Below are positions 62,594-64,000 of a DNA stretch of 64,000 bases, piece after piece. The stretch's first letter is position 1. Every line of letters begins with the position of its first letter. The translations under genes were made by a program, and so were the position numbers. The notes beneath the pieces were generated by a model, which was not told the DNA's origin, searched no databases, and saw only the letters and a program-made list of their open reading frames with translations. The stretch spans positions 1,386 to 65,385 of the forward strand of contig JAJUJA010000002.1 in NCBI GenBank assembly GCA_029267355.1, in the 5' to 3' direction. This DNA is from Elusimicrobiota bacterium (GTDB lineage Bacteria; Elusimicrobiota; Elusimicrobia; Elusimicrobiales; UBA9959).

Positions 62594-62986
62594 ATGGGCA
62601 ACCCGAGAAAAATATTCTTCGTAATGGCCGGAGGGGGACAGGATACAGACCGCCATCACAACGATGCCATCAAAAACAGACGCAGCATAAGCGAATTCAA
62701 ACATTTTTTAAAGGAATCCGAAGCGAACCTTCTTTCTGAAAGAACCTGCGGCAGGCCATGTGCAGTTTGGGGGGCCATCCAGGGTCCAAGCAATATAAGG
62801 AATTGGGATAATATGCAGGCCGGGGACTATGTTATGGTCTACCGGGAAGGCAAAACAATTCTCCCCGCTGAAATGGCTCTAAAAATCAAGAATCCCGAAC
62901 TCGCTAGTTATTTCTGGGAAGAAGACGACAAATTAAATTTCATGGAGAACGATTATGTCAATAGACTGGGTTTTCCCGCCGTTTAA
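62594..62986 (+). CDS. Hypothetical protein (possible small beta-barrel/PUA-like fold); overlaps the next ORF by 32 nt
   Basis: This is an ORF-only call. The segment CAVWGAIQGPSNIRNWDNMQAGDYVMVYREGK resembles the W-G...N..W..M..GD.V..Y pattern of small nucleic-acid-binding barrels. That resemblance is a weak impression only. Confidence 0.35.
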   Translation: MGNPRKIFFVMAGGGQDTDRHHNDAIKNRRSISEFKHFLKESEANLLSERTCGRPCAVWGAIQGPSNIRNWDNMQAGDYVMVYREGKTILPAEMALKIKNPELASYFWEEDDKLNFMENDYVNRLGFPAV

Positions 62987-64000
62987 CGGCGGGATTGAGC
63001 AAGGATTTGGACATTCGGGAATTCAGTATTTTGAGGGTAATCATGCCACCTGGGTCGCACGTGAAGCAATTCAAAATAGCCTAGACGCTAAGTTTTCGGG
63101 CACAGGATCTAGCTCACCAATCATCGTAGAATTTGAACTAACTCACATAGAAGTTTCCGAAATTCCAGGCATAAAAAAACTAAAAGAAGTATTTAAATTT
63201 TGCCGCGAGCGCGTTATAGAGATAGGCGGAGACACGCCGGAAGAAAAGGAAAAACCATCCTCTGCTATTAATTTCTTTAACAGAGCTATTGAAATATCCG
63301 GAAAAATCCCAGTTCTCGTAATAAGAGATTTTAACACTACGGGTCTAGCCGGCGATGATTTTTCACGTAATTCTCAATGGTATCGCCTCATTAGAAGCAG
63401 CGGGGTAAACAAATTCATAAACGATGGAGCTGGAAGCCATGGAATCGGGAAGTTTGCCCCATTTGCTGCTTCATTTTTGCGTTTAGTATTTTATTCAACA
63501 GTTTCTGATAGTGGAGAAAAAGCTTTTATTGGAAAGTCAATATTGACTAGTTTTAACAACGGCAAAGATGAATGTGATGCTACCGGATTTTATTGTTTAC
63601 AAAAAAAAGATGAAAATGGACGAACACAAGTTGCCGGAATACGAGACAGCGGCAATATACCAAGCTTCTTTAATCGTTCCGAACAAGGAACTTCTCTGTA
63701 TATCATAGGATACCGCCACGAAACAGATTGGGAAAAAGGGCTAATCGACTCCGTCCTTAAAAACTATTACGCAGCGATACACCGCAAAAAACTCATAATT
63801 AAATTCAAAGATTCTACTAGATCACATGAAATAAATGACCAAAATATTCGAAAAATAATGGAAGAAAATAAGAACTCTGCACTGCCTTTTTATCTTTCTA
63901 TTTCAGACCAAAGCTCTTATAAAAAATTTAATGCAAAACTTCCGATTATAGGCGAATGCAGCCTGTACGTTTTAAGAGGCTCAGACCCTGATCTTTATAC
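62955..64000 (+). CDS. GHKL/Bergerat-fold ATPase-like protein, 5' partial (runs off the window); absent from the supplied ORF track
   Basis: I translated by hand from the ATG at 62955 and found no stop through 64000 (348 codons). The N-box is AREAIQNSLDA (E37, N41, D44; E37 codon at 63063). The G1-like segment is VIRDFNTTGLAG and the G2-like segment is GAGSHGIGKF. Confidence 0.7.
   Translation, partial: MSIDWVFPPFNGGIEQGFGHSGIQYFEGNHATWVAREAIQNSLDAKFSGTGSSSPIIVEFELTHIEVSEIPGIKKLKEVFKFCRERVIEIGGDTPEEKEKPSSAINFFNRAIEISGKIPVLVIRDFNTTGLAGDDFSRNSQWYRLIRSSGVNKFINDGAGSHGIGKFAPFAASFLRLVFYSTVSDSGEKAFIGKSILTSFNNGKDECDATGFYCLQKKDENGRTQVAGIRDSGNIPSFFNRSEQGTSLYIIGYRHETDWEKGLIDSVLKNYYAAIHRKKLIIKFKDSTRSHEINDQNIRKIMEENKNSALPFYLSISDQSSYKKFNAKLPIIGECSLYVLRGSDPDLY

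Noticed and set aside
1-64000. CRISPR arrays, IS elements, transposases, integrases, prophage genes and rRNA.
   Set aside because: Reading both strands, I saw no regularly spaced direct repeats, terminal inverted repeats flanking a transposase-like ORF, or recombinase motifs. This was inspection by eye only, so short or degenerate elements could have been missed.

Overview
This is a compact chromosomal window from a bacterium with an outer membrane (beta-barrel outer-membrane proteins, PilT, porin). The taxon cannot be assigned from sequence alone. Hand counts on sampled 60-nt lines give about 50-55% GC in core genes. I support 66 protein genes, including one long ORF missing from the supplied track, plus one tRNA-Cys. 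I saw no rRNA, CRISPR array, transposase or integrase.

The core content is:
- A 13-gene co-directional cluster on the minus strand (24138 down to 10570): guaB3-guaA-purC-purS-purL-purQ ... purF-purD. It is interrupted by a 5-gene membrane/signalling cassette.
- A complete Pho block: phoB/phoR-like genes, porin, pstSCAB and phoU.
- Pyrimidine genes (pyrC, pyrD, pyrF, pyrE) and fhs.
- parAB with two parS-like palindromes.
- pckA, argS, rsfS, pilT, mutL, asd and tldD/pmbA.

Four regions look accessory:
1. An AT-rich four-gene block at 6858-10357. It holds a DpnII/MboI-type GATC restriction-modification pair followed by a translationally coupled pair: a 4-TM protein and a DGQHR (DndB/ParB-like) protein. 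No dnd or dpd partners are present. This pair is my best candidate for an undescribed module.
2. An AT-rich region after fhs (62390 to the window end). It has a small ORF overlapping an unlisted open ORF (62955 to beyond 64000) that carries GHKL/Bergerat ATPase motifs.
3. An orphan radical SAM/SPASM-like gene next to a NERD-P-loop helicase-like gene.
4. A DUF2089 / SHOCT-like / scramblase operon bracketed by the parS-like sites.

Three regulatory observations stand out. A -10 hexamer sits 6-7 nt before the start codon of at least seven genes, which suggests leaderless mRNAs. PhoP/PhoB-type direct repeats with 11-bp spacing lie upstream of the porin-pst genes. A leader with two terminator-like hairpins lies upstream of the gua/pur cluster.

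All functional calls come from motif recognition by eye. No database search was run.
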